Positions 21,011-30,942 of a DNA stretch of 64,000 nt are shown piece by piece (position 1 is the stretch's first letter; each line of letters begins with the position of its first letter). The stretch covers positions 32,001 through 96,000 of the forward strand of contig CAWBMV010000013.1 in assembly GCA_963789955.1 (NCBI GenBank). The letters are read 5' to 3'. The notes under the pieces were generated by a model. The model did no database searches. It saw only the letters and a list, made by a program, of their open reading frames with translations, and was not told the origin of the DNA. Made by a program: the position numbers and the translations under genes. This stretch comes from an uncultured Candidatus Rokubacteria bacterium (lineage in GTDB: Bacteria > Methylomirabilota > Methylomirabilia > Rokubacteriales > CSP1-6).

Positions 21011-21819
21011 ATGGCGTGGTACGGCGGATGGGACTACTACCCGCCTTACGTGTCGGTGGGCGAAAAGAGGGCGCACGGCATGCTGGCGCTGACGAAGCTG
21101 TTAAGCAAGAGCAAGCGGAAGGCCGAGCCGGTCGCGATTGCGGGACGGAAGCGACTGCTCGCCGACCACGTTCTGGGGCAAGGCGTGGTGCGCCAACCTC
21201 GAGGGCTACGCCGACTTTGCCAACCGTTTGCCGCGCGGCCGCACCTATCTGCGGAACGGCTCGGTGCTGGACCTGGCGATCGCCGAGGGCCGGATCGAGG
21301 CGTACGTGGCCGGCAGCGATCTCTACCGGGTGACGATCGGCATCGCCGCTCTCGCGAAGACCGCGTTGGCGCCGTGTCATCGCTCGCTGCATTGGCCGGA
21401 TCGGCTCGCTCGTCGGCTTGCTGCGCGGTGAGCTGTCCGACGACCTGCTGGCCGCGCTGACGGACCCGAAGGACGGGCTTTTTCCTGAGCCGCGCGAAAT
21501 GACGTTCGACTGCTCATGCCCAGACTGGGCGGGCCTCTGCAAGCACGTCGCCGCGGTCCTCTACGGCGTGGGCATCCGTCTCGACGCCAAACCGGAGCTA
21601 TTCTTCGTGCTACGCCGGGTTGACCAGGGCGAGCTGCTCAGTTCGGCCACCGCCGGCACCGTATCGCGCGGGCGCCCGGCCGCGGGCAAGCGCATCGCCG
21701 ACGACCGGCTGTCCGCAGTATTCGGGATCGAGCTCGAGGACGCCGCGCCGGCGGGCACGCGGCGCCCGTCACGCCGGCGCACGCCGAGTCCATCCCGCGT
21801 CTCCAAACGGCGACGTTGA
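21011..21819 (+). CDS. SWIM zinc finger protein (SNF2 partner); frameshifted
   Basis: AGGAGG RBS; TFWGKAWCANLE, NRLPRGRTYLRNGSV, CSCPDWAGLCKH. Confidence 0.88.
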
Positions 21820-21854
21820 GCCCTGATCGCGGTTGCCGTATCGTGGCGACAGAC

Positions 21855-22051
21855 ATGAAGGCGCCACCTCTTCCTCTGTGGCGAATGACGCGCGGCCGAT
21901 ACGACCGGCTCGTCGACGTCGGCATCTTCGGCCCGGAGGACCGGGTCGAGCTGCTCGATGGGTTGCTCGTCGCCGGCGAGCCACGAACGCCGTCGTCACG
22001 CCCTCGCCGCGCCCCCGAGCCCGCATCCGCGTGGCCGCCCTGCTGCCGTAG
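21855..22051 (+). pseudogene. Uma2-family endonuclease relic (internal deletion)
   Basis: N-terminus TRGRYDRLVDVGIFGPEDRVELLDGLLV joined ~21985 to the C-terminal tail NAVVTP..PRARIRVAALLP*; catalytic core missing. Confidence 0.78.
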
Positions 22052-22072
22052 GTCGGAACCGCTTGATGACGG

Positions 22073-23392
22073 CTACCAGGGCAGGATCGCGGGCTCGTAC
22101 TGCTCGATTCGCTCCTTGATCGCCATCAACGGCTCGATGCCGTAGAGCTTTCGGGCGTTCTCGCCCATCAGCTTTCGCTGCGCCTGGGCGGGCACGCCGA
22201 CCTCCGCCATATGATGCAGGCCCTCCCAGGCGTCTTCGGCGTCGTGGTGGGGATAGTCCGACGACCAGATCGCGACGTCCTGGAACACGTCCCACAGCCG
22301 ATAGACCAGGGTCTCGTCCGACTCGAAGCCGATGTAGCAGCGCTCGTTGAAGACCTCGACGGGATCGCGGATGAGCCGGTTGTCGCGCTGGAACGCGAAC
22401 AGGTTCGAGAAGTTCGAGCTGCGCGCCAGGATCAGCGGCAGCCACGACGCGTTCGACTCGAGCACCGCGGCCTTGAGCTTCGGGAACTTCTCGAGCCAGC
22501 CCGTTTGCACCACCACCGTGACCCACGTCATCGCTTCCATCAAGAAGCCTAGAGTCTCGGAGGCGTCGATGGCCGGGTCCATCGCCGCCGTGATGTTCGA
22601 CACGAACTGACCGGGCGAGTAGACGACCGCCTCGTCGGTGAACAGGAGCCCCTGCCCGGAGTGCCCGCGCGCCTGGGCCATGCGCTGACCCCATTCCGGC
22701 GTGAGCGCTTCGCGCGAGGGAAACGTGTGCATGGCCAGCACGACGCCCGTGGCCTCGAACTCGCGCCAGAGCGGATCGAACTCGGGCAACGTGGGATAGC
22801 GGCCGTTCCAGAAGCACGGCCGCACCGCGGCCGCCTTGAAGCCGAGCGCCGCGACGCGCTTGAGCTCGGCGATCGACGCCTCGACGCTCTGCAGCGGCAG
22901 CACCGCGCAGGGAAACAGCCGCCGGCGGTCGGCGGCGCAGTAGTCGAGCACCCAGTCGTTGTAGGCGCGGGCCAGCACCGTCGCCGCCTCGGGGCTTCGC
23001 ACGAGCGCCAGCCGGACGAACCACGTCGGGAACAGCATCACCTGATCGGTGCCGAGCGCGTCCATGTCGCTGAGCCGCGCGCGCGGGTCGCGACAGCCCA
23101 GGAGCCGGCCGAACTTTTCCTGCCAGGCGGCGGTGCCGGGGGTGAGCTTGCCGACTTCCTTCTTGTCCCAGCGCGCCCAGCCCACCTCGGCCGCGTTCGA
23201 GCGCTCGCGGGCCGCCGGCACGACCCGCCCGTTGATGTAGAGCAGGTCGCTGTCGGTGTGGAAGCAGAACTGCGTCTTGATCCACGCGCGGCTGGCGGCC
23301 GGCACGTACTCGTCCCAGACGGCCGGCGGCTCCACGACGTGGCTGTCGCAGTCGAACACCGGAAAGTCCTTGCGGATGCTGGTGGCTGTCAT
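22073..23392 (-). CDS. Amidohydrolase family protein (Amidohydro_2)
   Basis: FDCDSHVVEP, RAYNDW, AMH, LESNASW, WSSDYPHHD, LMGENARKLY. Confidence 0.9.
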   Translation of the reverse strand: MTATSIRKDFPVFDCDSHVVEPPAVWDEYVPAASRAWIKTQFCFHTDSDLLYINGRVVPAARERSNAAEVGWARWDKKEVGKLTPGTAAWQEKFGRLLGCRDPRARLSDMDALGTDQVMLFPTWFVRLALVRSPEAATVLARAYNDWVLDYCAADRRRLFPCAVLPLQSVEASIAELKRVAALGFKAAAVRPCFWNGRYPTLPEFDPLWREFEATGVVLAMHTFPSREALTPEWGQRMAQARGHSGQGLLFTDEAVVYSPGQFVSNITAAMDPAIDASETLGFLMEAMTWVTVVVQTGWLEKFPKLKAAVLESNASWLPLILARSSNFSNLFAFQRDNRLIRDPVEVFNERCYIGFESDETLVYRLWDVFQDVAIWSSDYPHHDAEDAWEGLHHMAEVGVPAQAQRKLMGENARKLYGIEPLMAIKERIEQYEPAILPW

Positions 23393-23427
23393 ACGGATGA
23401 AGTAGCCTATTGTCGGGAACGCTGTCA

Positions 23428-24199
23428 ATGACACCTCCGCTCGCGTCGGGGCTCGAACGCTTCTCGCTCGCCGGGCGCGTCGCGCTGGTCACCGGCGCGA
23501 CCCGCGGGCTCGGACTCGAGATCGCGCGCGGCCTGGCCGCGGCGGGCGCGATCGTCGGGATCAACGGCCGCGACCCGCGGCGGGCCGACGAGGTCGCCAA
23601 GACCATCCCCGACGCCTTCGCGGCGGCGTTCGACGTCACCGATCTGCCGGCCGCGACGGACGCCATCGACAGTATCGTCGCGAGCCACGGCCGCCTCGAT
23701 TGCCTCGTCAACAACGCGGCGGTGCGCGATCGGCGGCCGCTGCAGGAGATCACGCGCCGACGACTTCCGCCGTCTGATCGAGACCAACCTGGTCGCGCAG
23801 TACGAGCTGTCCCGCGTCGCCGCGCGACACATGACCGCGCGGGGTCAGGGACGGCTCGTGTTCATCAGCTCGATGGTCGGGCCGCAGTCGTTCCGGGGCG
23901 ATCCGGCCTACGTCGCCTCGAAGGGCGGGCTCGAGGCGCTGATGCGCGCGCTCGCGGTCGAGCTCGGCGACAAGGGCATCGCCGCCAACGCGATCGCGCC
24001 CGGATTCTTCGCGACGGAGGGCAACGCGCCGTTCTTCGCCAAGCCGCACATCGCCGAGCTGGCGCGCCGCATCCCGCTGCGACGCTTCGGCCGGCCCGAC
24101 GAGCTCGTCGGCGCCGCGATCTTTCTCGCGTCCGACGCCGCGTCGTACATCACCGGCCAGGTGCTGACGGTCGACGCGGGACTCTCGGTGGCACTCTAG
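23428..24199 (+). CDS. SDR oxidoreductase (gluconate 5-dehydrogenase-like); frameshift ~23755
   Basis: TGATRGLG, LVNNAA, YVASKGG, NAIAPG, YITGQVLTVDAG. Confidence 0.9.
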
Positions 24200-24211
24200 A
24201 AAGGGACGAAC

Positions 24212-25093
24212 ATGAAGATCCGAATCGGCGTGGGAATCGGCGGTACCTCGGCATCGACCGGCGCGCTGACCGAGCTGGTCAGCGGCCTCGACGACATGGG
24301 GTTCGACTCGCTCTGGCTCTCGGAGGTGCTGACGGGCCAGGTCTTCGATCCGGTCGTCGGTCTCTCGTGGGCCGCGGCCAGCAACCCGCGGCTCAAGATC
24401 GGCACCACGATGCTCTTGCCCGGGCGCAATGTGCTGCGCCTCGCCAAGCAGCTCGCGAGCCTGGACGTGCTGTCCAACGGACGGCTGCTGGTGACCCTGG
24501 TGCCCGGGCTGACGTACGCGCCCGAGCGCGAGGCCATCGGCCTCGAGCCCAAGCGCCGCGGCGCGTTCATCGACGAGGCGCTGCCGCTCCTGCGGCGCCT
24601 CTGGGCCGGCGAGACGGTGAGCTACGAGGGTATCGCCGGCAATTTCCGTGACGTGAAGCTCTGGCCCCTCCCTGTCCAGCAGCCGCTGGAAATCTGGCTC
24701 GGCGGCACGGTCCCGGCGGCGCTCGAGCGCTGCGGACGGCTCTCGGACGGCTGGCTGCCGTCCCAGTGCACGCCCGAAGAAGCCGCGGAGGGACGCAAGG
24801 TGATCGAGGACGCCGCGGCGAGGGCGGGGCGCTCGATCAGCTCCGAGCACTTCGGCATGAGCCTCGGCTACGCGCGCGATCCGATCGACCCGCAGATGGC
24901 CCGGGTGATGACGGCGCGGCGGCCGCGGTCGGTCGAGCTCACGCCGGTCGGCTTCCCGGCCTTGCGCGCCGTGATCGAGCGATTCATCGCGGTCGGCTTC
25001 TCGAAGTTCGTCGTCCGCCCGGTGGTCGCGCCGAAATCGTGGCGGCCCGAGCTCGAGGCCCTCTCCGCGGCGGTGGGCGATCTGCAGACCTGA
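24212..25093 (+). CDS. LLM class flavin-dependent oxidoreductase
   Basis: GFDSLWLSE, LAKQLASLDVLSNGRL, IWLGG, RLSDGWLP. Confidence 0.9.
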   Translation: MKIRIGVGIGGTSASTGALTELVSGLDDMGFDSLWLSEVLTGQVFDPVVGLSWAAASNPRLKIGTTMLLPGRNVLRLAKQLASLDVLSNGRLLVTLVPGLTYAPEREAIGLEPKRRGAFIDEALPLLRRLWAGETVSYEGIAGNFRDVKLWPLPVQQPLEIWLGGTVPAALERCGRLSDGWLPSQCTPEEAAEGRKVIEDAAARAGRSISSEHFGMSLGYARDPIDPQMARVMTARRPRSVELTPVGFPALRAVIERFIAVGFSKFVVRPVVAPKSWRPELEALSAAVGDLQT

Positions 25094-25096
25094 CGC

Positions 25097-25237
25097 GGTC
25101 TGGTTGTCGAGTTCTCCCGGCCTTTCGTCTGGATCGGCGTCCTGCTGTTCCTGATCTCGGATTCGCCGATCGCGGCCGGGCGCTTCAGGTTGACGGTACC
25201 GCTCATCGGCCTGCTGATCTGGCCGATCGGACGCGCG
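25097..25237 (+). pseudogene. Short relic resembling the C-terminus of a YhhN/lysoplasmalogenase membrane protein
   Basis: Start-less frame reads GLVVEFSRPFVWIGVLLFLISDSPIAAGRFRLTVPLIGLLIWP; G..LF..SD....RF pattern recognised by eye. Confidence 0.5.
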
Positions 25238-26126
25238 CTACGGGAGACACGCTCCGCGGCTAGCTTGACGGCGCGCTCGTGCAGCGTCGGCGCGCCGCAT
25301 CGTCGCGCCCAGTCCGAGAACTCGGCGCGAGGCCCGTTCCAGCGGAGCGCGTCGACGTCGACGCCGAGCGGCGCGTCGAGGCGCAAGCGTCGCCAGCCGC
25401 CGGAACAGCAGCGCGCGCTCCCACTGCTCGACGAGCGTCGCGGCCAGCCGCTCGGTTCCGCGCATCGAGACGATCCCACCGCGCGGCCTGCTTGGGGATG
25501 TCCTCGAGGTGCCGGTACCGGGCCAGCACCGTCGCGGCCGAGCGGGCGCCCCAGCCGGGCAGGCCGGGGAAGCCGTCGGCCTTGTCGCCGACGAGCGCGA
25601 GCCAGTCGGGGATCGATCCGGGCGCGACGCCGAACTTCTGCTGGACGCCCGACTCGTTGCGCATCTCGCGCGAGCGGCGGTCGAGCTGAACGACCCGGTC
25701 GCCGCGCACGCACTGAGCCAGATCCTTGTCCGGGGTGCACACGATCACCTGCTCGACGCGCGGATCGGCGGCGGCCATCGACGCCGCGGCGGCGAGGGCA
25801 TCGTCGGCCTCGAACTCGACCATGGCCCAGACCACGACGCCGAGCGCGCGCAACGCCTCCTCCAGCGGCTCGAACTGACCGTAGAGCACGGGATCGATCC
25901 CCTCGCCGGTCTTGTAGCCCGGCCAGAGCCCGTTGCGAAACGACTCGATGACGTGATCGGTGGCGACGCCGAGGTGCGTCGCGCCGCCCTCGAGCATCCC
26001 CAGCATCGAGGTGACGACGCCGCGTACCGCCCGCAGCTCTTCCGGCACGGTTCGCTCGAATGCGGCCGCCGGTGACATGAAGTAGCGGAAGAGCTCGTAC
26101 GTGCCGTCGACCAGGTGGACGATCAC
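25238..26126 (-). CDS. Stand-alone 5'-3' exonuclease / flap endonuclease (Pol I N-terminal domain-like); frameshifts near 3' end
   Basis: VHLVDGTYELFR, SFRNGLWPGYK, FEADDALA, TPDKDLAQ, LALVGDKADGFPGLPGWG (H3TH). Confidence 0.9.
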
Positions 26127-26607
26127 GCCTGAACGAGCCCCGCCAGCACGCGCAGCCGCTCGCCCGCGACGCCCATGATGTTCGCCTCGCCGCCGATGGC
26201 GCCGAGGCGTTTGTAGAACTCGAGCGCGCCCGCGTTGGCGGTGTGCACGCTCCAGTCGAGCGATCGCGCCGCCCAGCCGCACCGTCTCGGCCGCGACGGC
26301 CGCCATCAAGGCGTGACCGACGCCCTGGCCGCGGGCGGCGGGCGTCACGAAGATGTCGTGGAGCCACATCGATCGCGCCGCGAGATCGGTGTTGTAGCCG
26401 AGCGTGAAGAAGACGTACCCCACCACGGCGCCGTCGAGCTCGGCCACCAGTGGCGTGAATGCCGCCTGGGCGCCGAAGCCGTCGGCTCGGACGCGCTCGG
26501 CGGTGAACGGCCGACCGTAGATGCCGACGTGCGTCGTTCAGGTCGTTGGCCATGTCGCCAGGATCGCCGACTCGTCCGGGCGTCCCGGACGCACCCGAAC
26601 CGCTCAC
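26123..26607 (-). CDS. GNAT family N-acetyltransferase; frameshifted
   Basis: VAELDGAVVGY, LHDIFVTPAARGQGVGHALM, NAGALEFYKRLG; start and stop overlap neighbours. Confidence 0.82.
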
Positions 26608-27038
26608 GAGCGCGCGGCGTCGCTCGACAGATGCCCGTGAGCCGTCTCGGACTGGGTCGGCAGGAGCGAGAAGTGGCTGTGAACGGCGAGCCATTTGCCG
26701 CCGCGGCGCTCAAGCACGAAGGTGCCGCGCCCCGGACGCGTGACCGGACGGCCGTCGGGCCCGGTGACTTCGGTCAGCCAGCCGCCGGCGATCCAGGCGC
26801 TGTCGTCCGAGGCTTGGACCTGAGCATCCGGCTCGAAGTGGAAATCGCGGATGCGCGGCCACACGTTCTGCCACTGCTCGCGCACGATGTTGTCGAGGCC
26901 GGCCACGGCGCGCGCCCAGGTACCGAAGGCCATCGCGTCGGGGGCGAACAGCTCTCGGCCGCCGGTGAAGTCGCGGGCGCGGACGGCAGCCTCGAAGGTA
27001 CGCAGCCACTCCTGGGGTGTCGCGGCTGAAGGAGCCAT
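26604..27038 (-). CDS. SnoaL-like / NTF2-like (DUF4440-type) protein
   Basis: FEAAVRARDF...LFAPDA, GRGTFVLERRGGKWLAVHSHFS. Confidence 0.82.
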   Translation of the reverse strand: MAPSAATPQEWLRTFEAAVRARDFTGGRELFAPDAMAFGTWARAVAGLDNIVREQWQNVWPRIRDFHFEPDAQVQASDDSAWIAGGWLTEVTGPDGRPVTRPGRGTFVLERRGGKWLAVHSHFSLLPTQSETAHGHLSSDAARS

Positions 27039-27077
27039 GGCGGCATTATGCACCGAGATTGTGGCATGCTGCTGGGC

Positions 27078-27803
27078 ATGCCCCCGTCAAGACGGCCCCT
27101 TCGAGTGCTGCACACCGCCGACGTCCATCTCGAGAGCGACGGCTATGGTGACGCTCGCCAGCAGGCGGCGCACCGCGAGCGCGAACGGCGCATGTTCCGG
27201 AGCATCATCGATCGCGCGATGAGCGATCAGGTCGATCTCGTGCTGATCGCCGGTGATCTGTTCGATCACAACCGCGTGACCGACGAGGCCGTCGAGTTCG
27301 TGCGCGGCGAGCTCGCGCGGCTGCGCCGGCCCGTCGTCATCATGCCCGGCAACCACGACGTGCTCCAGTCGAACGCGATCTACGATCGGCACGACTTCAC
27401 CGCCGGCGCGAGCCACGTTCATCTGATCCGCCGGCTCGACGGCGAGACCGTCGATTTGCCCGAGCTGGACGCGATCGTCTGGGGTCGCGCGATGGAGGAA
27501 CACGAGCCCGGCTTCCAGCCGCTCGCCAACATTCCCGGTCGCGACACGCGGCGCTGGTGCCTGGGCATGGGCCACGGCTTCTTCTATCCGGATCGCCAGC
27601 GACCGGATCGGTCCTCGCCGATATTCGCCGACGAGATTCGGGACACGGGCTGGGACTACCTCGCGCTCGGCCACCAGCACGTCCAGACCAACGTCAGCCA
27701 GGGCGACGTGACCGCCTACTACGCGGGAGCGCCGGGCACGGTCCTGCGCATCGACTTCTCGATCGAGGACGGGATTCGCGTGGAGCCTCGACCGCTCGAG
27801 TAA
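27078..27803 (+). CDS. Metallophosphoesterase, SbcD/Mre11-like nuclease domain only
   Basis: HTADVHL, AGDLFD, PGNHD, GHG, DYLALGHQH, YAGAP. Confidence 0.85.
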   Translation: MPPSRRPLRVLHTADVHLESDGYGDARQQAAHRERERRMFRSIIDRAMSDQVDLVLIAGDLFDHNRVTDEAVEFVRGELARLRRPVVIMPGNHDVLQSNAIYDRHDFTAGASHVHLIRRLDGETVDLPELDAIVWGRAMEEHEPGFQPLANIPGRDTRRWCLGMGHGFFYPDRQRPDRSSPIFADEIRDTGWDYLALGHQHVQTNVSQGDVTAYYAGAPGTVLRIDFSIEDGIRVEPRPLE

Positions 27804-27818
27804 AGAAAGGACACCTCG

Positions 27819-28914
27819 ATGGCCGTCGAAGTCGCGAAGGTCGAGCTCAAGAGCGTGCAGGACGCGTCAGGTCTCGAGGAGCGCATCCTCGCCGGCCAGT
27901 TCACCGCCGACCAGGTCGTCGCGGTCGTGGGCAAGACCGAGGGCAACGGCGGGGTCAACGACTTCACCCGTCTCCTCGCCGACCTCGCGTTCCGGCGCGT
28001 GCTGATGAAGCACGGCAAGCGCAGCGAGGCCGACGTCGCGACGATCCCGATGGTGTGGTCCGGCGGGTGCGACGGCGTCATCACGCCGCACGCCACCGTG
28101 TTCGCGCGGAACGACCGGAAGGGCACGCCGGACAAGGCGCGCCTCGTGATCGGCGCCGCCATGAGCGCCGAGCTCCAGCCCGAGGACATCGGCCGGCCGC
28201 GCATGGTCGAGATCGTCGCCGAGGGCGTGAAGATCGGCAATGAAGAATGCCGGAATCGACGATCCGAAGGACGTGCACTACGTCCAGACCAAGACGCCCC
28301 TGCTGACGATCGACTGGGTGGAGAACGCGAAGCGGCGGGGCAAGACCGTGGCCTGCGAGGTGCACGACTCGATGGGCGTGTCGAACGGCACGACGGGCCT
28401 CGGCATCGCGGTGGCGCTCGGCGAGCTCGCCATGCCGCGCGCGGAGCAGATCTGCAAGGATCTCGACCTCTACTCGTCGGTCGCGTCCTGCTCCTCCGGC
28501 GTCGAGCTGACGCGCGCGCAGATCATCCTGATGGGCAACAAGGCGGCGGCCGGCGGCCGCTACCGCATCGGCCACAGCGTGATGAAGGACGCGCTCGACA
28601 TCGACGGCATCTACGCCGCGATCCGCAACGCCGGGCTCGACCTGCCGGAACGGCCGCGCGCGGAGGACCTCAAGGGACGCCTCGTGAACTGCTTCATCAA
28701 GTCGGAAGCCGACCACCGCGCCAAGCTCCGCGGCCGGCGCCAGATCATGCTCGACGACTCCGACGTCCATCATCACCGCCACTCGAAGGCCGCCGTCGGC
28801 GGCGTGGCGGCGGCCGCGATCGGCGATCCCGCGGTGTTCGTCTCGGTCGACGCGATGCACCAGGGACCGCACGGCGGCGGCCCGGTCATCGCGATCGTCG
28901 ACGTCGGCGACTGA
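27819..28914 (+). CDS. Ring-opening amidohydrolase of the cyanuric acid hydrolase/barbiturase family, barbiturase-like; frameshift ~28237
   Basis: [74 protein letters not shown]. Confidence 0.88.
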
Positions 28915-28978
28915 ACGGGATGAGGTGGCAGTTCGCGCTGCAGTCCGTCGCGGGGCTGGGGCCGCCGGCGAGGCGCGA

Positions 28979-29952
28979 CTATTGATAGAGGTGACAGGCC
29001 ACTTCGCCGCCGCCGTCACGAGGCCGCAAGGTCGGCTCGATCTGCGAGCAGATCGGCATCACGGACGGACAGCGCGGATGGAAGCGGCAGCCCGACGGCA
29101 GGCTGAGCGCGCTCGGCACCTCGCCCGGTGACGGTTTTCTCCTGCGTCCGCTCGTCGGGATGCGACGGCAGCGCGGCGGCGAACAGCGCTTTCGTGTAGG
29201 GATGCATCGGGCGCGCGCACAGCGCGTCGGCTGTCCGCCGTCTCGACGATCTTGCCCAGGTACATCACCGCGATCCGGTGGCTGATGTGCGCGACCGTGG
29301 CGAGGTCGTGGCCGATGAAGAGATAGCTGACGCCGAGCGACCGCTGCAGCTCCTCGAGCTGGTTGATGATCTGAGCCCGCACCGACACGTCGAGCGCCGA
29401 GACCGGCTCGTCCAGCACGATCAGGCGCGTGTCGGTCGCGAGCGCCCGCGCGATCGCGATGCGCTGCCGCTGCCCGCCGCTGAACTCGTGCGGGAACAGC
29501 GGCGCCACGTCCGGCGCGCAGCCCGACCAGCTCCAGCACCTTGCCGACCCGCTCGTCGATGGCGCCGCGCGGCAGGTCGGTGTGGATCTCCAGCGGCTCG
29601 GCGATGATGTCCCGGACCCGCATGCGGGGGCTGAGCGAGCTGAACGGGTCCTGGAAGACGACCTGGACGGCCGCGCCGGTACGCCATCAGGTCCGCGCCG
29701 CGGAGGCTCGCGATGTCGCGGCCCTCGAAGCGGATCGTCCCGGCCGTCGGCGTCTCCTGCTTGAGGATCAGCTTGGAGGTCGTCGTCTTGCCGCATCCGG
29801 ATTCGCCGATGAGCCCGAGCGTCTCGCCGGCCTGAATCGCGAGATCGACGCCGTCGACGGCCTTCACCCACGTCGCCGGTGCCGCCGAGCAGCCGCCGCC
29901 GGACCGGGAAATGCTTCTTCAGATCCCGGACTTCAAGAACGGGAGAGGACAT
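28979..29952 (-). CDS. Peptide/nickel ABC transporter ATP-binding subunit (DppF/OppF-like); frameshifted
   Basis: [51 protein letters not shown]. Confidence 0.9.
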
Positions 29953-30927
29953 TCGTCCAGGAGCCAGCACCGCGCGACGCTCCCGTCGCCCGGGCGGAAG
30001 TCCGGCGGCTCCTCGGTCATGCAGCGCGACATGACGTCGGGGCAGCGCGGATGGAATGCGCAACCGTCGGGGAGATTGGCCGGGTTCGGCGGCTGGCCGC
30101 GAATCGAGTAGAGCGGCTCCTTGTTGCCGAGCTTCGGCATCGAGCCGAGGAGCGCGCGCGTGTAGGGATGCTTCGGATCGTCGAAGAGCTCGCGCACCGG
30201 CGCCTGCTCGACGATCTTGCCCGCGTACATGACGGCGACCCGGTCGCACATCTTCGCGACGATGCCGAGGTTGTGCGTCACGAAGATCAGCGCCACGCCG
30301 GTCTCCCGCTGGATGTCCTTCAGCAGATCGAGGTACTGCGCCTGGATCGTCACGTCGAGGTTCGTCGTGGGCTCGTCGGCGATGACCAGCTTCGGCCCGC
30401 CGGCCAGCGCGATGGCGCCGACGATACGCTGGCGCATGCCGCCGCTCATCTGGTGCGGGTAGTCGCGCATGCGCCACTCGGGCGACGGGATCCGGACCGC
30501 GCGCAGGAGCCCCTGCACGCGCTCGCGCAGGGTGCGGCCGCGGAGGTGCTGGTGGAAGAACGCGGGCTCGGCCACCTGGCGGATAGATCGTGAAGAGCGG
30601 GTTCAGCGACGCCATCGGATCCTGCAGGATCACGGCGATCTGGCGGCCGCGGATCCGGCGCAGCTCGCGCTGGCTCTTGCGCGTCAGATCCTCGCCCTCG
30701 AAGACGACGCGGCCGCCGACGATGCGGCCCGCGCGCGGCAAGAGCCCGACGATCGACAGACACGTGGTCGTCTTGCCGCTGCCGGATTCGCCGACGAGCC
30801 CGAGCGTCTCGCCCTCGCGCAGCGTGAAGCTGACCCCGTCCACCGCCTTGACGACGCGCGCTCCGCCGAAGGTGAAGAAGTGCGTCTGGAGACCGGCGAC
30901 CTGCAGGACCGCTTCGCGATTGGCCAC
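29919..30927 (-). CDS. Peptide/nickel ABC transporter ATP-binding subunit (DppD/OppD-like); frameshift ~30585
   Basis: [45 protein letters not shown]. Confidence 0.9.
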
Positions 30928-30942
30928 GTGGTCGGTCGAGAC

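Noticed and set aside
18286..21819. Assignment to a named defence system (DISARM, Zorya, BREX)
   Set aside because: No methylase, DUF1998, PLD, ZorAB or Pgl genes nearby
27078..27803. SbcCD repair complex or a known defence nuclease system
   Set aside because: No SMC-like ATPase partner in the window
27819..28914. Cyanuric acid hydrolase atzD / atrazine pathway
   Set aside because: Lacks the SGGxEHQGP motif, matches barbiturase-type motifs, and no other atz genes are adjacent
28920..28985. Short [24 protein letters not shown] after the barbiturase-like gene
   Set aside because: Too short, no clear RBS or recognisable motif
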